64,000 nucleotides of DNA from an uncultured Gemmatimonadales bacterium (lineage in GTDB: Bacteria > Gemmatimonadota > Gemmatimonadetes > Longimicrobiales > RSA9): assembly GCA_963798845.1 (NCBI GenBank), contig CAWCUS010000001.1:672001-736000 (forward strand), in the 5' to 3' direction. Below are positions 1 through 9,645 of the stretch, in pieces. The position numbers were made by a program, and so were the translations under genes. Below the pieces are notes generated by a model that did not search any database, was not told where the DNA came from, and saw only the letters and a program-made list of their open reading frames with translations. Position 1 is the first letter of the stretch; every line of letters starts with the position of its first letter.

Positions 1-16
1 GTAGTCACGACGACCA

Positions 17-87
17 GGCGGGGCGGCGCACGCCGCCCCGCCGCTGCCCGTGTGCCCGGCGCGAGCATCGGCTTGTGCCGGGCACGC
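17..87. terminator. Two consecutive GC-rich hairpins (17-42 and 50-87), probable terminator or RNA structure after an upstream gene
   Basis: GGCGGGGCGGCG-CA-CGCCGCCCCGCC perfect inverted repeat, then GTGTGCCCGGCGCGAGC-ATCG-GCTTGTGCCGGGCACGC with G:U pairs; no clear U-tract. Confidence 0.45.
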
Positions 88-179
88 TGTCTTTCCAGGG
101 CGGTTTGCGGCTGGTATCTCGTCTCACGGCCGCCGGCCGTCCAACCCGAGCTCACGTCTGCAGCGTCATGGAGGCGCCC

Positions 180-2228
180 ATGCACCGCGCTCCGTTGTTC
201 GCCCTGGCCGCCGCGCTGGCGGCCACCGCCTTTCCCCGCCCCGCTGCCGCGCAGCAGCAAGACGGGCGGCTCCAGCTGGCATCCTTTCTCGAGTGGGAGA
301 CCGTTTCGGGCCCCCGGCTCTCGCCCGATGGCCGGCAGGTCCTCTTCACCCGCCGGCACGTGGACAAGATGAACGATCGTTGGACCGGAGCGCTCTGGCT
401 CATCAACACGGACGGTTCGAAGCTCCGGTTCCTCACCAATGGCGGCGACGCCGAGTGGTCGCCGGACGGCACGCGCACGGCATACACCGCCAGCGGGGCA
501 CCGGACGGGACCCAGGTCTTCGTACGCTGGATGGACGCGGAGGGGGCGACCACGCAGGTGACCCACGTCACCGAGGCTCCCTCCAACCTCGCCTGGAGCC
601 CGGACGGGACGTGGATCGCCTTCTCGATGCTGGTGCCGAAGGCGGACAGCTGGAAGATCGCAATGCCGGCGAAGCCCGAGGGGGCGAAGTGGACGGAGAC
701 GCCCCGCATCGTCCAGAGCGTGGACTACCGCCAGGACCGCCGCGGCTTCAATGAGGAAGGGCACAGGCATATCTTCGTGGTCCCCGCCACGGGCGGGACA
801 CCGAGGCAGATCACGAGTGGCGACTGGGACCATACGAGCCCGGAATGGACGCCCGACGGCCGCGCCATCCTCTTCTCCACCCTTCGCACCGAGGACTCCG
901 AATACGCCTGGCGCGAGTCGGAGGTCTACCGCGTGGACGTGGAGACAGGTGAAATCTCGCAGCTCACGCACCGCCGCGGGCCCGACTACGCTCCGCGCGT
1001 CTCCCCGGACGGCCGTCGCATCGCCTACGTGGGCTACGACTGGAGCAATGACACGTTCCAGGAGTCCATGCTTTACGTCATGGACGCCGACGGCTCCAAC
1101 CCGCGGGCGCTGACCGCTTCGCTGGACCGCTCGCCGAGCGGCCACATGTGGGCGCCGGACGGGAGCGGCGTCTATTTCAACGTGAGCCGGGAAGGCGTGC
1201 GCGATCTCTACTTCGTCTCACTGGACGGGAGCGTCCGCCGGGTCACGGAGGGGAGCCACGTGCTGGACGTGGCGGACATACGAGGGCGGACAGCGGTGGG
1301 CGTGCGGGCGGAACCGCAGGCGCCGGGCGACATCGTCGCCTTCGACCTCCGTCGCCCGGCGGAGATGCGCCAGCTGACCGCAGTCAACGCCAATGTGCTA
1401 CACGGCGTGGAGCTGGGCGAAGTGGAGGAGATCTGGTACCCGTCGCTGGACGGGTTCCGGATCCAGGGCTGGGTCATCAAGCCCCCGGATTTCGACCCGA
1501 CGCGCAAGTACCCGCTCATGCTCACCATCCACGGCGGTCCGCACGCCATGTACGACGCGGGCTTCAACTTCGCCTGGCAGGAACACGCGGCCCACGGGTA
1601 CGTGGTGCTCTACCTCAACCCTCGGGGCAGCTCCGGCTATGGCAGCGCGTTCGGGAACGCCATCAAGAACGACTACCCGAACAAGGACTACAACGACCTG
1701 ATGACCGGCGTGGACACGGTCATCAACCGCGGCTACATCGACAGCGACAACATGTTCGTGTACGGGTGCAGCGGCGGCGGCGTGCTCACGGCCTGGACGG
1801 TGGGTCATACCGACCGCTTCCGCGCGGCGTCGGCCAACTGCGCGGTCATCGACTGGATCAGCTTCGTGGGGAATACGGACTCGCCCAACTGGTACCGCAA
1901 CTTCGCGCACTATCCCTGGGAGGACCCGAGCGAGCATCTGCGCCGCTCGCCGCTGATGTACGCGGGCAACGTGAAGACGCCCACCATGCTCATGACGGGC
2001 GTCCTGGACCTGCGCACGCCCATCCCCCAGACCGAGGAGTTCTACGAGGCGCTCAAGGTGCTGAAGGTCCCCACGGCCATGGTCCGTTTCAACAACGAGT
2101 GGCACGGGACCAGCTCCACACCGTCGAACTTCCTGCGCACGCAGCTCTACCTGCGCTACTGGTTCGAGAAATGGGGCACGCACGACGAGCACGCGTCCGG
2201 CCCGGTGGCCGGTCATGCCAACCATTGA
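180..2228 (+). CDS. S9 family peptidase (dipeptidyl/acylaminoacyl peptidase) with beta-propeller, secreted
   Basis: Signal peptide, repeated WSPDG propeller motifs, IHGGPH, nucleophile GCSGGG, D(L)R and terminal H (EWHG); start could be ATG 168 or 180. Confidence 0.93.
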   Translation: MHRAPLFALAAALAATAFPRPAAAQQQDGRLQLASFLEWETVSGPRLSPDGRQVLFTRRHVDKMNDRWTGALWLINTDGSKLRFLTNGGDAEWSPDGTRTAYTASGAPDGTQVFVRWMDAEGATTQVTHVTEAPSNLAWSPDGTWIAFSMLVPKADSWKIAMPAKPEGAKWTETPRIVQSVDYRQDRRGFNEEGHRHIFVVPATGGTPRQITSGDWDHTSPEWTPDGRAILFSTLRTEDSEYAWRESEVYRVDVETGEISQLTHRRGPDYAPRVSPDGRRIAYVGYDWSNDTFQESMLYVMDADGSNPRALTASLDRSPSGHMWAPDGSGVYFNVSREGVRDLYFVSLDGSVRRVTEGSHVLDVADIRGRTAVGVRAEPQAPGDIVAFDLRRPAEMRQLTAVNANVLHGVELGEVEEIWYPSLDGFRIQGWVIKPPDFDPTRKYPLMLTIHGGPHAMYDAGFNFAWQEHAAHGYVVLYLNPRGSSGYGSAFGNAIKNDYPNKDYNDLMTGVDTVINRGYIDSDNMFVYGCSGGGVLTAWTVGHTDRFRAASANCAVIDWISFVGNTDSPNWYRNFAHYPWEDPSEHLRRSPLMYAGNVKTPTMLMTGVLDLRTPIPQTEEFYEALKVLKVPTAMVRFNNEWHGTSSTPSNFLRTQLYLRYWFEKWGTHDEHASGPVAGHANH

Positions 2229-2265
2229 GCCCGGCGCCGCACACCGGATTCCACGAGGAGGTTCG

Positions 2266-2670
2266 ATGAAGAAGATGATGCTGGGGCTGGCCCTCGCGCT
2301 CGCGTTCACCGGCGCCTGCGCCACGGCCGGCACCTCCGGCGGACCGGCCGGGTCCTCGCGCGACACGCTGGAGCGCGACGAGATCGCGGCGGAAGGCGGG
2401 CAGATCCGCACGGCCTACGACGCAGTGGAGCAGCTCCGGCCGCAGTTCCTCCGCAACCGCCCGAACGCGACGGTGGGCGTCGGCGCGGCCACGGTGGAGC
2501 CCGTGGTGGTCTATGTGGACGGGATCCAGCGGGGCGGCGTGGCCGAGCTCAGGAACATCCCGATCGAGCGCGTGCTGCGGATCCACTACGTGCGCCCGAC
2601 GGACGCCCAGACCCGCTACGGGATCGGCCACGGCAGCGGGGTCATCGAGGTGACAACCATCACCGGCTGA
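2266..2670 (+). CDS. Small lipoprotein with TonB-plug-like domain, no barrel
   Basis: GAGGAGG RBS; lipobox FTGAC; VYVDG...L.NIP...RYG..HGSGVIEVTT resembles the end of a plug domain. Confidence 0.7.
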   Translation: MKKMMLGLALALAFTGACATAGTSGGPAGSSRDTLERDEIAAEGGQIRTAYDAVEQLRPQFLRNRPNATVGVGAATVEPVVVYVDGIQRGGVAELRNIPIERVLRIHYVRPTDAQTRYGIGHGSGVIEVTTITG

Positions 2671-2674
2671 CCCA

Positions 2675-4291
2675 TCACGGGCCACCGCCCCGCTTCGAGT
2701 CGAGGTAGGGGCCGCGGCCACGGCTCCAGATCACGAGCGCGCCGTTCAGCGCGGCGCGCTCGCCCCACCGGAACGCGCTCATCGGCGGCAGGAACTCGAT
2801 GCTCTCGATCTGCCACACCCCCATCGTGTTCAACATCTCGGCCCCGCGCACCGTGGCCACGCCGTCGATCACGATCGCGAGCATCTCGCACCAGGGGAGC
2901 GTGGTCTCCTGCTCGGGCACGACGAACCGCTGGAGGGCACGGCTGCTCTGCACGCAGACGCCATACTCCACTCCGTCCGAAGTCTCGAACCGCCCCTCCT
3001 GCACGCGCAAGCTCGGGATCTGGCTCAGCAGCTCCGTGACCGACGCCGCCCTCAGGTCGGCGAGGCGCATGTCCGCACCCGCGACCACGTGCGGCGCCTG
3101 CGTGGCGGCGCGCGCGGACCGGGTCTCGGCTGTCGTCGCCCGCACCACGAGGGCGTCGAGGGTGATGGCGCGTGGCGCCGTCCGGAGCTCCACCACCACG
3201 CTGGCCCCGGCCGGCACGCCCACCGGTTGCGACGCGCGGTCGTAGCCCAGCCGCTCCACCTGGAACACGTACGACCCTTTCTGAAGGTCGTCGAAGCGGA
3301 AATTCCCCGCGTCGTCGGTCAGCGTTTCCCGCCCCCGCACCCGCACCACGGCGCCCGGGACCGGTGCGTCCGTGTCGGCGTCCAGGAGCCGCCCCAGCAC
3401 CGTGGAGAGCGAATCGGGTCGCATCAGCGGCGAGGACTCCACCACCCGGACCGACGACGGCCTTCCCACCTCCAGCCCGAGGTCCATGCGCGCCAGCGCG
3501 CCGGGATGCACGCGCACGTCCGATTGCCGCGGCCCGATCCGGCCGAGCGCCGTCAGCCATACCGTCAGCGGGACATCCGCGGCAACATCGCACAGCACGA
3601 ACCGGCCTGCCGCGTCGGTCCTCGCCTCCGCCTGTGTGCGCCGCCCCCCCGCCACCTCCCACTCCGCCACCACCGTGGCCGCCGGAAGACGCACCGACGT
3701 GGCCGGGTCGAACGCCACGCCCGCCAGCACTCCGCGCGACCCTGCCGCCGCGCTCCCCGGATCCTGCGTCGGCGAACCGTCCGCCCGCGGCAGCGCGCAC
3801 GCGCGTGCGCGGTCGTACAGCTCCGACGGGATGGTCAGGATGAGCGGATCCGGGGGAGCATCGGCCCCGATCACGATCGGCCCCGCCACTGAGCTGCTCG
3901 CCCCTCCGAGCCTCGCCTGCACGTGGTAGCGACCCGGCTTCAGCTGCGAAAAGGCGAAGCCCCCGTCCTCGCCCAATGCCGTCGCACCCACGACCGCCAT
4001 TGCCTCGCTGAGCAGCTCGACGCTCGCCCCCGCCACCGGCTCCTGCCATCCCGCCATGACCACCCGCCCGTGCACTGCCACCTGCCCGGCGCACCGGGAA
4101 GCGGCGACCGGGAGTGGCCCGAACAGCGCCACCAGAGCCAGCACCGTGGCCGCGGCTCCGGGGCCAGTCCGCCCTGGCCTGCCGCAGGCAATGCCGTGCC
4201 GCCAGCGAACCCGCGGAGGAAGTGGCGCACTCCAGGCGTGCGTCACACGTGGGGCGTCCGGGACGTGGGGCGGAATGGCGGGATCGGACAT
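2675..4291 (-). CDS. Protein with three carboxypeptidase-regulatory-like (prealbumin-fold) repeats and a C-terminal plug-like domain
   Basis: GGAGGT RBS before ATG 4291; repeats PVAGASV...DGGF, LPAATV..TDAAGRF, PVPGAVV..TDDAGNF; ending IVIDG...IESIEFL...NGALVIWSR. Confidence 0.75.
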   Translation of the reverse strand: MSDPAIPPHVPDAPRVTHAWSAPLPPRVRWRHGIACGRPGRTGPGAAATVLALVALFGPLPVAASRCAGQVAVHGRVVMAGWQEPVAGASVELLSEAMAVVGATALGEDGGFAFSQLKPGRYHVQARLGGASSSVAGPIVIGADAPPDPLILTIPSELYDRARACALPRADGSPTQDPGSAAAGSRGVLAGVAFDPATSVRLPAATVVAEWEVAGGRRTQAEARTDAAGRFVLCDVAADVPLTVWLTALGRIGPRQSDVRVHPGALARMDLGLEVGRPSSVRVVESSPLMRPDSLSTVLGRLLDADTDAPVPGAVVRVRGRETLTDDAGNFRFDDLQKGSYVFQVERLGYDRASQPVGVPAGASVVVELRTAPRAITLDALVVRATTAETRSARAATQAPHVVAGADMRLADLRAASVTELLSQIPSLRVQEGRFETSDGVEYGVCVQSSRALQRFVVPEQETTLPWCEMLAIVIDGVATVRGAEMLNTMGVWQIESIEFLPPMSAFRWGERAALNGALVIWSRGRGPYLDSKRGGGP

Positions 4292-4407
4292 GGTACCTCC
4301 GCGGGGCGTGCCGTGGCCCCGGCACGAGTCTCCTGCCAATGTACATCCGGAAGCCGCCGTGCGGCAAGGACCTCGGCGTCACGGCTTCAACGTTTTCCCC
4401 GCCGGGA

Positions 4408-6960
4408 TCAGGACGGCGGGGGGGAGCCGGCCCGCTCGGGCACCGGAACGGAGTCCTGGAACGGCGTCGAGTCCGGCACCGAATCCGGGCCCACTGCCGA
4501 ATCCGGCACCGGGGTCGAATCCGGCCCCGGGGTCGGGGCCGGCATGAGCCGGGAGTCCGGCAGTCGCACGGAATCCGGGAGAGGCAGCGAGTCGGGAGCC
4601 GGGATCGAATCCGTGACCAGCACGGTGTCGGGCTCCGGCAGCGAATCCGGGAAGGGGAAGGAGTCCACGGGGATGCCCAGCGGTGCGGTGTCGGGCGGGC
4701 TCACCCCCTGTCCCTCGCGCGGGAGACGCGGCCGTCCGAGGTAGCGCTCCTGCTGCCGCTCCCGTTCCTCCTCGCCCTGGCCGAAGAGCCCTGCGACGAA
4801 GTGCCCCAGGCGGGCGAACGCGTGACGGATCCCCTGGATGAGGCGCCCGAAGAAGCCGCGCTCGGCCTCGCCGGCGGGACAAATGGTGGCCGGCACATCG
4901 GACTTGAGGAAGAGTTCGGTGCGCGCCTTCCCCTTCTCGGGGCGACACCCGTCCGCCAGGACGAGACCGCTGCCGGGGTCGATCCGCCGTTCCACCACGG
5001 ACGAGGGCCGTTCCCAGGCGTCGGGTCTGTCCCGCCTCCGGTAGGCGGCGCGGACGATCCGCCCCCAGACCGGCGCGGCCAGCTCGCCCCCGGTCGCGCC
5101 GGCGGCGATCGGCTGCGGCCTGTCGAGGCCGATCCACACGCCCCCCGCCAGGTCCGGCGTGTACCCCACGAACCACGCGTCGAAGCCCTCGTTGGTGGTC
5201 CCCGTCTTCCCCGCGGCCGGTGCGCGCACGCCGGCCTCCCGGACGGCGTGACCGGTGCCCCGGTCCACGACGTCGCGCAGCAGGCTCGTCACCAGGTAGG
5301 CGACGCCGGGCGAGAACGCCCGGTGCCGCTTCGGCCGTGCCCGCCAGACCACCTTTCCGGTGGTGTCCTCCACGCTCGTCACCAGGCGCGGCCGCACGGC
5401 CCGGCCCTCCGCGGAGAACGCGGTGTAGGCCGCGGTCAGATCAATGAGCGGAATGCCAATGGCGCCCAGGGCCAGCGACGGCAGGATCACCATCTGCTCC
5501 TGGACCCCGGCGTCCTTCGCCGCCCGCACCACGTCGTCCAGACCCACCGCGAGGGCGAGCCGAGCGGTAGCGATGTTGACGGAGTGGACTGCCGCTTCCC
5601 GCATGGTCACGTCCCCGCCGGAGCGGCCGCTGAAGTTCTGCGGCTCCCACACCTCGCCACCCGGGAGCTTCACCACCAGCGGCTCGTCACTCAGCCGCTG
5701 GCTGGGCGCGTAGCCGTTGCGCAGCGCGGCGGCGAAGACGAACGGCTTGAACGCGCTGCCCACCTGACGCCTCGCCTGGGTGGCGCGGTCGTACGGGGAG
5801 TCGTCGAAGTCGCGGCCACCCACCAGCGCCAGCACATCCCCGCTGTCCGACCGCATGACCACGGCCGCCCCCTGCAGGTAGCGCGTCCCGGCCGAGTCCA
5901 CCGCGTCCGCTTCCCCGTAGCGCTTCTCCCCGCGATAGCGGCCGTACGCCCCTCTCTCGATCGACGCCAGCTGCCGCCTGACCTCCCGCTCGGCCGCGCG
6001 CTGGAGCGCCGGGTCCAGCGTGGTGTGGATGCGGAGCGGGCCGGCGTACAGCCCGTCGCCCAGCTGCCGCTCCAGCAGGCGGCGCACCGCCCGAATGAAG
6101 TAGGGAGCCGGCCCTGGCTTCTCGTCCGGCAGCGGTCGCTCACGGACGACGCGGAGCCGCGTCGATTTCGCCTCGTCCGCCGAGTCCCCCGACACCCGCC
6201 CCTGTGCCGCCATGAGCGAAAGCACCAGGTCACGCCGCTCCTTCGCGCGATCGGGATGCTCGCGCGGATCGTAGCTGTTGGGCGCTTTCGGCATGGCCGC
6301 CAGCGTGGCCGCCTGCGCCAGCGTCAGCTCCTCGGCCGGGCGGCCGAAGTAGGCCCTCGCTGCCCTCTCGATGCCGTAGACCGCCCCGCCGAAGTAGATG
6401 TGGTTGAGATACAGCTCCAGGATGTCGTGCTTGCTGAAGCGGTCCTCGATCTCCCCGGCCACGCGCATCTCCAGCAGCTTTCGCGTCAGCGTCTGCTCCT
6501 GCCCCGGCAGCCGGCCCGGAAAGACGTTCCTCGCCAGCTGCATCGTGATCGTGCTGCCGCCCTGTGCCGCGCCGCCCGCGCGCACGTCCGCCAGAAACGA
6601 TCCCGCCATGCGACGCCAGTCCACCCCGCCGTGCTCGTAATATCGGCGGTCCTCCACCGCCACGAACGCTGCCGGGACGTAGCCCGGGAGCGAGTCCAGC
6701 GCCACCAGCGCGCGAGACACGGGGGCCAGTCGCGCCACCTCGTCTCCGTTGCGGTCCAGGACCACGGGCGCTCCGCCGGGCTGCAGCGCCGCCAGCCGCT
6801 CCACTGCCGGGCAGCCGCGCAGCCCGCACGTCTGCCACGTCAGCCAGGCGAACAGCACTGACACGCCCGCGGCCACCAGCACCCAGCGCAGCGGTGGCGG
6901 CCAGTGCAGACCGCCGCCGCGCCAAATGGTAGGGTCGCGCCGCCACAGCGCGCCCAGCAT
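4408..6960 (-). CDS. Class A penicillin-binding protein (transglycosylase/transpeptidase) with Pro/Asp/Ser-rich tail
   Basis: EDRRYYEHGGVD, GGSTITMQLARN, RKLLE, YLNHIYFG; transpeptidase SAFK, SVN, KTGT; start uncertain (6960-7038). Confidence 0.95.
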   Translation of the reverse strand: MLGALWRRDPTIWRGGGLHWPPPLRWVLVAAGVSVLFAWLTWQTCGLRGCPAVERLAALQPGGAPVVLDRNGDEVARLAPVSRALVALDSLPGYVPAAFVAVEDRRYYEHGGVDWRRMAGSFLADVRAGGAAQGGSTITMQLARNVFPGRLPGQEQTLTRKLLEMRVAGEIEDRFSKHDILELYLNHIYFGGAVYGIERAARAYFGRPAEELTLAQAATLAAMPKAPNSYDPREHPDRAKERRDLVLSLMAAQGRVSGDSADEAKSTRLRVVRERPLPDEKPGPAPYFIRAVRRLLERQLGDGLYAGPLRIHTTLDPALQRAAEREVRRQLASIERGAYGRYRGEKRYGEADAVDSAGTRYLQGAAVVMRSDSGDVLALVGGRDFDDSPYDRATQARRQVGSAFKPFVFAAALRNGYAPSQRLSDEPLVVKLPGGEVWEPQNFSGRSGGDVTMREAAVHSVNIATARLALAVGLDDVVRAAKDAGVQEQMVILPSLALGAIGIPLIDLTAAYTAFSAEGRAVRPRLVTSVEDTTGKVVWRARPKRHRAFSPGVAYLVTSLLRDVVDRGTGHAVREAGVRAPAAGKTGTTNEGFDAWFVGYTPDLAGGVWIGLDRPQPIAAGATGGELAAPVWGRIVRAAYRRRDRPDAWERPSSVVERRIDPGSGLVLADGCRPEKGKARTELFLKSDVPATICPAGEAERGFFGRLIQGIRHAFARLGHFVAGLFGQGEEERERQQERYLGRPRLPREGQGVSPPDTAPLGIPVDSFPFPDSLPEPDTVLVTDSIPAPDSLPLPDSVRLPDSRLMPAPTPGPDSTPVPDSAVGPDSVPDSTPFQDSVPVPERAGSPPPS

Positions 6961-7032
6961 CCGACGCAGCCGCCCGGGAATGGTTCGTGCACTCGTTTGC
7001 ATTCGACTCATGCCAAACAGGGAGTCGGAAAT

Positions 7033-7404
7033 ATGCACAAACTATGCAGCGTTCGCGCCGGCACGCTCGTCGCCCTCCTCGCCGCCGTCGCCCTGAGCGC
7101 CTGCGGCATGTTCGGCGGCAGCAATCAGCCCGAGCCCGCCTTCGCCACCGTCACGATCAACAACGACAGTCCCACGACCGTCACCGCCTATGCCGTCCGC
7201 TCCAGCGGCGTGCGGTATCGCCTCGGCACCGTGCCGGGCCTGACGGAAAAGGACTTCGACCTGCGCTCCGACATGGTCGGCCCCACGGGCGAGATGCAGC
7301 TGGTTGTGGACGTTCTCGGAACTTCCCGCATCTACTCGTCCGATCAGGTCTTCATCGAGCAGGGCGACAGCGTCGAGTTCACGGTCAGCCACATGGTGCG
7401 GTAG
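7033..7404 (+). CDS. Small lipoprotein, beta-rich
   Basis: GGAG RBS; hydrophobic signal with lipobox LSAC; RLGTVPG motif. Confidence 0.7.
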   Translation: MHKLCSVRAGTLVALLAAVALSACGMFGGSNQPEPAFATVTINNDSPTTVTAYAVRSSGVRYRLGTVPGLTEKDFDLRSDMVGPTGEMQLVVDVLGTSRIYSSDQVFIEQGDSVEFTVSHMVR

Positions 7405-7765
7405 AGCCGGCCTGCCTGTCCGGCTTCCCGGCCTGCCGCTTCCATCGCTTTATTACCCCCCGTAACATATCTTCAGCGAACCGGGGGCATCCGTCTCCCG
7501 GCTCGGCCGCGGGACGCGGCAGGAGAGGCATCGTGGCTACGCAGGGAGGCCGTTTCACGCGGTCGCTTCCTGGCAAGCGGTCGCCGTGCGGCGTTGCACA
7601 CCACGAGCCGGGGCATGCCCCGACCTACGGGGCGCCCCAGTTCCCTGCCCTATCCCACAGACGCGGCCGACGCGCGTTCCCAGTCCTTCGAGACCGACCT
7701 GATCCGTCTCCGGCTCGCAACCGGGGAACGCGCGCGTACCCATTCCATCCCGGGGAGAGATCGTA

Positions 7766-8383
7766 ATGCCGACGCAGACAAAGGAGCGGGATTCCACGCT
7801 GATGAAGATCCCACAGGACCTCATCGAGCGGGGCCGCGGACTCGCGGGCATGGGGCACGACGTATGGCTTGCCGGCCTCGGCGCCTTCGCGGCGGTCGAG
7901 GAGGAGGGAAGCGCGCTGTACGACAGACTGGTGAAGCGGGGTCGGACCGTGGAGAAGAGCGGGCGCAAGCGCGTCGAGGAGATGCGCGAGGAGATGGAGG
8001 ACCGGCAGCAGAAGGTGACGCACGGGCTCGAGGAGAGGGTGTACGACCCGATCATGAACGCGCTCCGCTCGTTCGGTGTGCCGACCCGTCGCGAGATCCG
8101 GGAGCTGACGGGGAAGGTGGACGCGTTGACCCGTCAGGTGCAGGTGCTGGTCAGCCAGATGCCGGGCGCCGCGCCGGGAGAGTACGAAACGTACTACGTC
8201 ATGGCGCGCGAGGACACGTGGATCGTGGGGCGGGAGGGCGCCGACGAGCCGCTGTTCGTCGAGCCGACCAAGGAGCTGGCGCTGGAGCGGGCCAGGCAGG
8301 TGGTGCACAGCCAGGCGCCGAGCCGCCTGCACGTGTACCGCCGTGACGGCAGCATCCAGGACACGTTCACGTACGAAGAGTGA
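7766..8383 (+). CDS. Phasin (PhaF/PhaI-like granule-associated) domain fused to a C-terminal DUF2188-like domain
   Basis: VWLAGLGAF...EEGSALYDRLVKRG and GVPTRREIRELTGKVDAL (phasin_2 type); YYVMAREDTWIV..TKELALERAR...LHVYRRDGSIQ (DUF2188 type). Confidence 0.82.
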   Translation: MPTQTKERDSTLMKIPQDLIERGRGLAGMGHDVWLAGLGAFAAVEEEGSALYDRLVKRGRTVEKSGRKRVEEMREEMEDRQQKVTHGLEERVYDPIMNALRSFGVPTRREIRELTGKVDALTRQVQVLVSQMPGAAPGEYETYYVMAREDTWIVGREGADEPLFVEPTKELALERARQVVHSQAPSRLHVYRRDGSIQDTFTYEE

Positions 8384-8386
8384 CCC

Positions 8387-9634
8387 GTGGCCGCCAGCCG
8401 CGTCGGCTTGGCGTGCGCGGGCGGCGTCGTCGAGGGGGCGTTCTACGAGATCGGGGTCCTGTGCGCCCTCGATGAGGCCGTCGAGGGGCTCGATCTGACC
8501 GCGCTCGACGTCTACGTGGGCGTCAGCGCGGGCGCCATCCTCACGGCGTGCCTGGCCAACGGGATCCCACCCCGGGACGTGGCCCGGGCGATGCTCTCGG
8601 TGGAGGCATCCCCGGACGCCCTCGCTCCCGAGGCGGTGTTCCGCCCGGCGCTGGCCACCTACGCCGCCCGCGCGGCGGGAGTGCCCGTGCGCGTCCTGGG
8701 CGCCATCGCCCGCTACGCTGCGGACCCCCGCGACATCTCGCTCTTCGGCTCGCTCCTGGAGCTGGCCACGGCGCTGCCGGTGGGGCTGTTCGACAACCGG
8801 CCGCTGGAGCAGCACCTCGCACGCGTGTTCTCCGCCGAGGGCCGCACCAACGACTTCCGGGAGCTCCCCGCCACGCTGCGCATCGTGGCGGTCAATCTGG
8901 ACACGGCGGAGCTGGTGGCCTTCGGCGACGACGCCACCGCCCACGTCCCCATCTCCCGGGCTGTCCAGGCCAGCTCCGCGCTCCCGCTGATGTATCTCCC
9001 CGTTGAAATCGACGGGGAGTATTACATCGACGGAGTGGCGAGGCGGACGCTGAACGCGAGCCAGGCGCTCCAGGCGGGCGTGGACCTGCTTCTGTGCGTG
9101 AACCCCATCGTCCCTCTGGACCTGCGCATTCCGGGCGACGACGGCGTGCGCCATCCCAGCCTCGTCCACAGCGGGCTCCCTGCCGTGCTCTCGCAGACGT
9201 TTCGGACCATGATCCATTCGCGGATGGTGACGGGGTTCCGGAACTACGCGTTTCTGTACCCCGACGCCGACGTCGTGCTGCTGGAGCCCGAGGCCGGCGA
9301 CCGGACGATGTTCTTCACGAACATCTTCAGCTTCTCCCACCGCCACGAGGTGATGCACCACGGCTACGCGACGGCGCGCGGCTGGCTGCTGCGCAACGCC
9401 GGCCGTCTGGAGCCCGTGTTCCGCCGCCACGGCATGCGCCTGCGGGAGAGCGTGCTGACGGAGGACCGGCGCCTGGCGGTGGAGCGGCGACCGCTGCCCG
9501 GCGCGCGCGAGCTCGTGGGCCGCGCCAGCGCTGCGCTGGACGAGCTCTCGAGTGCCCTCGATCGGCTCCGCGCGAGGGGGGGCGGCACGAGCCGGAGGGG
9601 CGGTGCGGTCGGCTCCCCGCGGCGGCGCGGGTGA
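8387..9634 (+). CDS. Patatin-like phospholipase/esterase
   Basis: AGGVVEG oxyanion loop, GVSAG nucleophile, ASSALP, YIDG catalytic Asp. Confidence 0.9.
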   Translation: MAASRVGLACAGGVVEGAFYEIGVLCALDEAVEGLDLTALDVYVGVSAGAILTACLANGIPPRDVARAMLSVEASPDALAPEAVFRPALATYAARAAGVPVRVLGAIARYAADPRDISLFGSLLELATALPVGLFDNRPLEQHLARVFSAEGRTNDFRELPATLRIVAVNLDTAELVAFGDDATAHVPISRAVQASSALPLMYLPVEIDGEYYIDGVARRTLNASQALQAGVDLLLCVNPIVPLDLRIPGDDGVRHPSLVHSGLPAVLSQTFRTMIHSRMVTGFRNYAFLYPDADVVLLEPEAGDRTMFFTNIFSFSHRHEVMHHGYATARGWLLRNAGRLEPVFRRHGMRLRESVLTEDRRLAVERRPLPGARELVGRASAALDELSSALDRLRARGGGTSRRGGAVGSPRRRG

Positions 9635-9645
9635 GGAGGCGAGGC

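Noticed and set aside
7766..9634. Classical PHA biosynthesis locus
   Set aside because: No phaC, phaA or phaB in the window; the synthase present is WS/DGAT (phaC elsewhere is not excluded)
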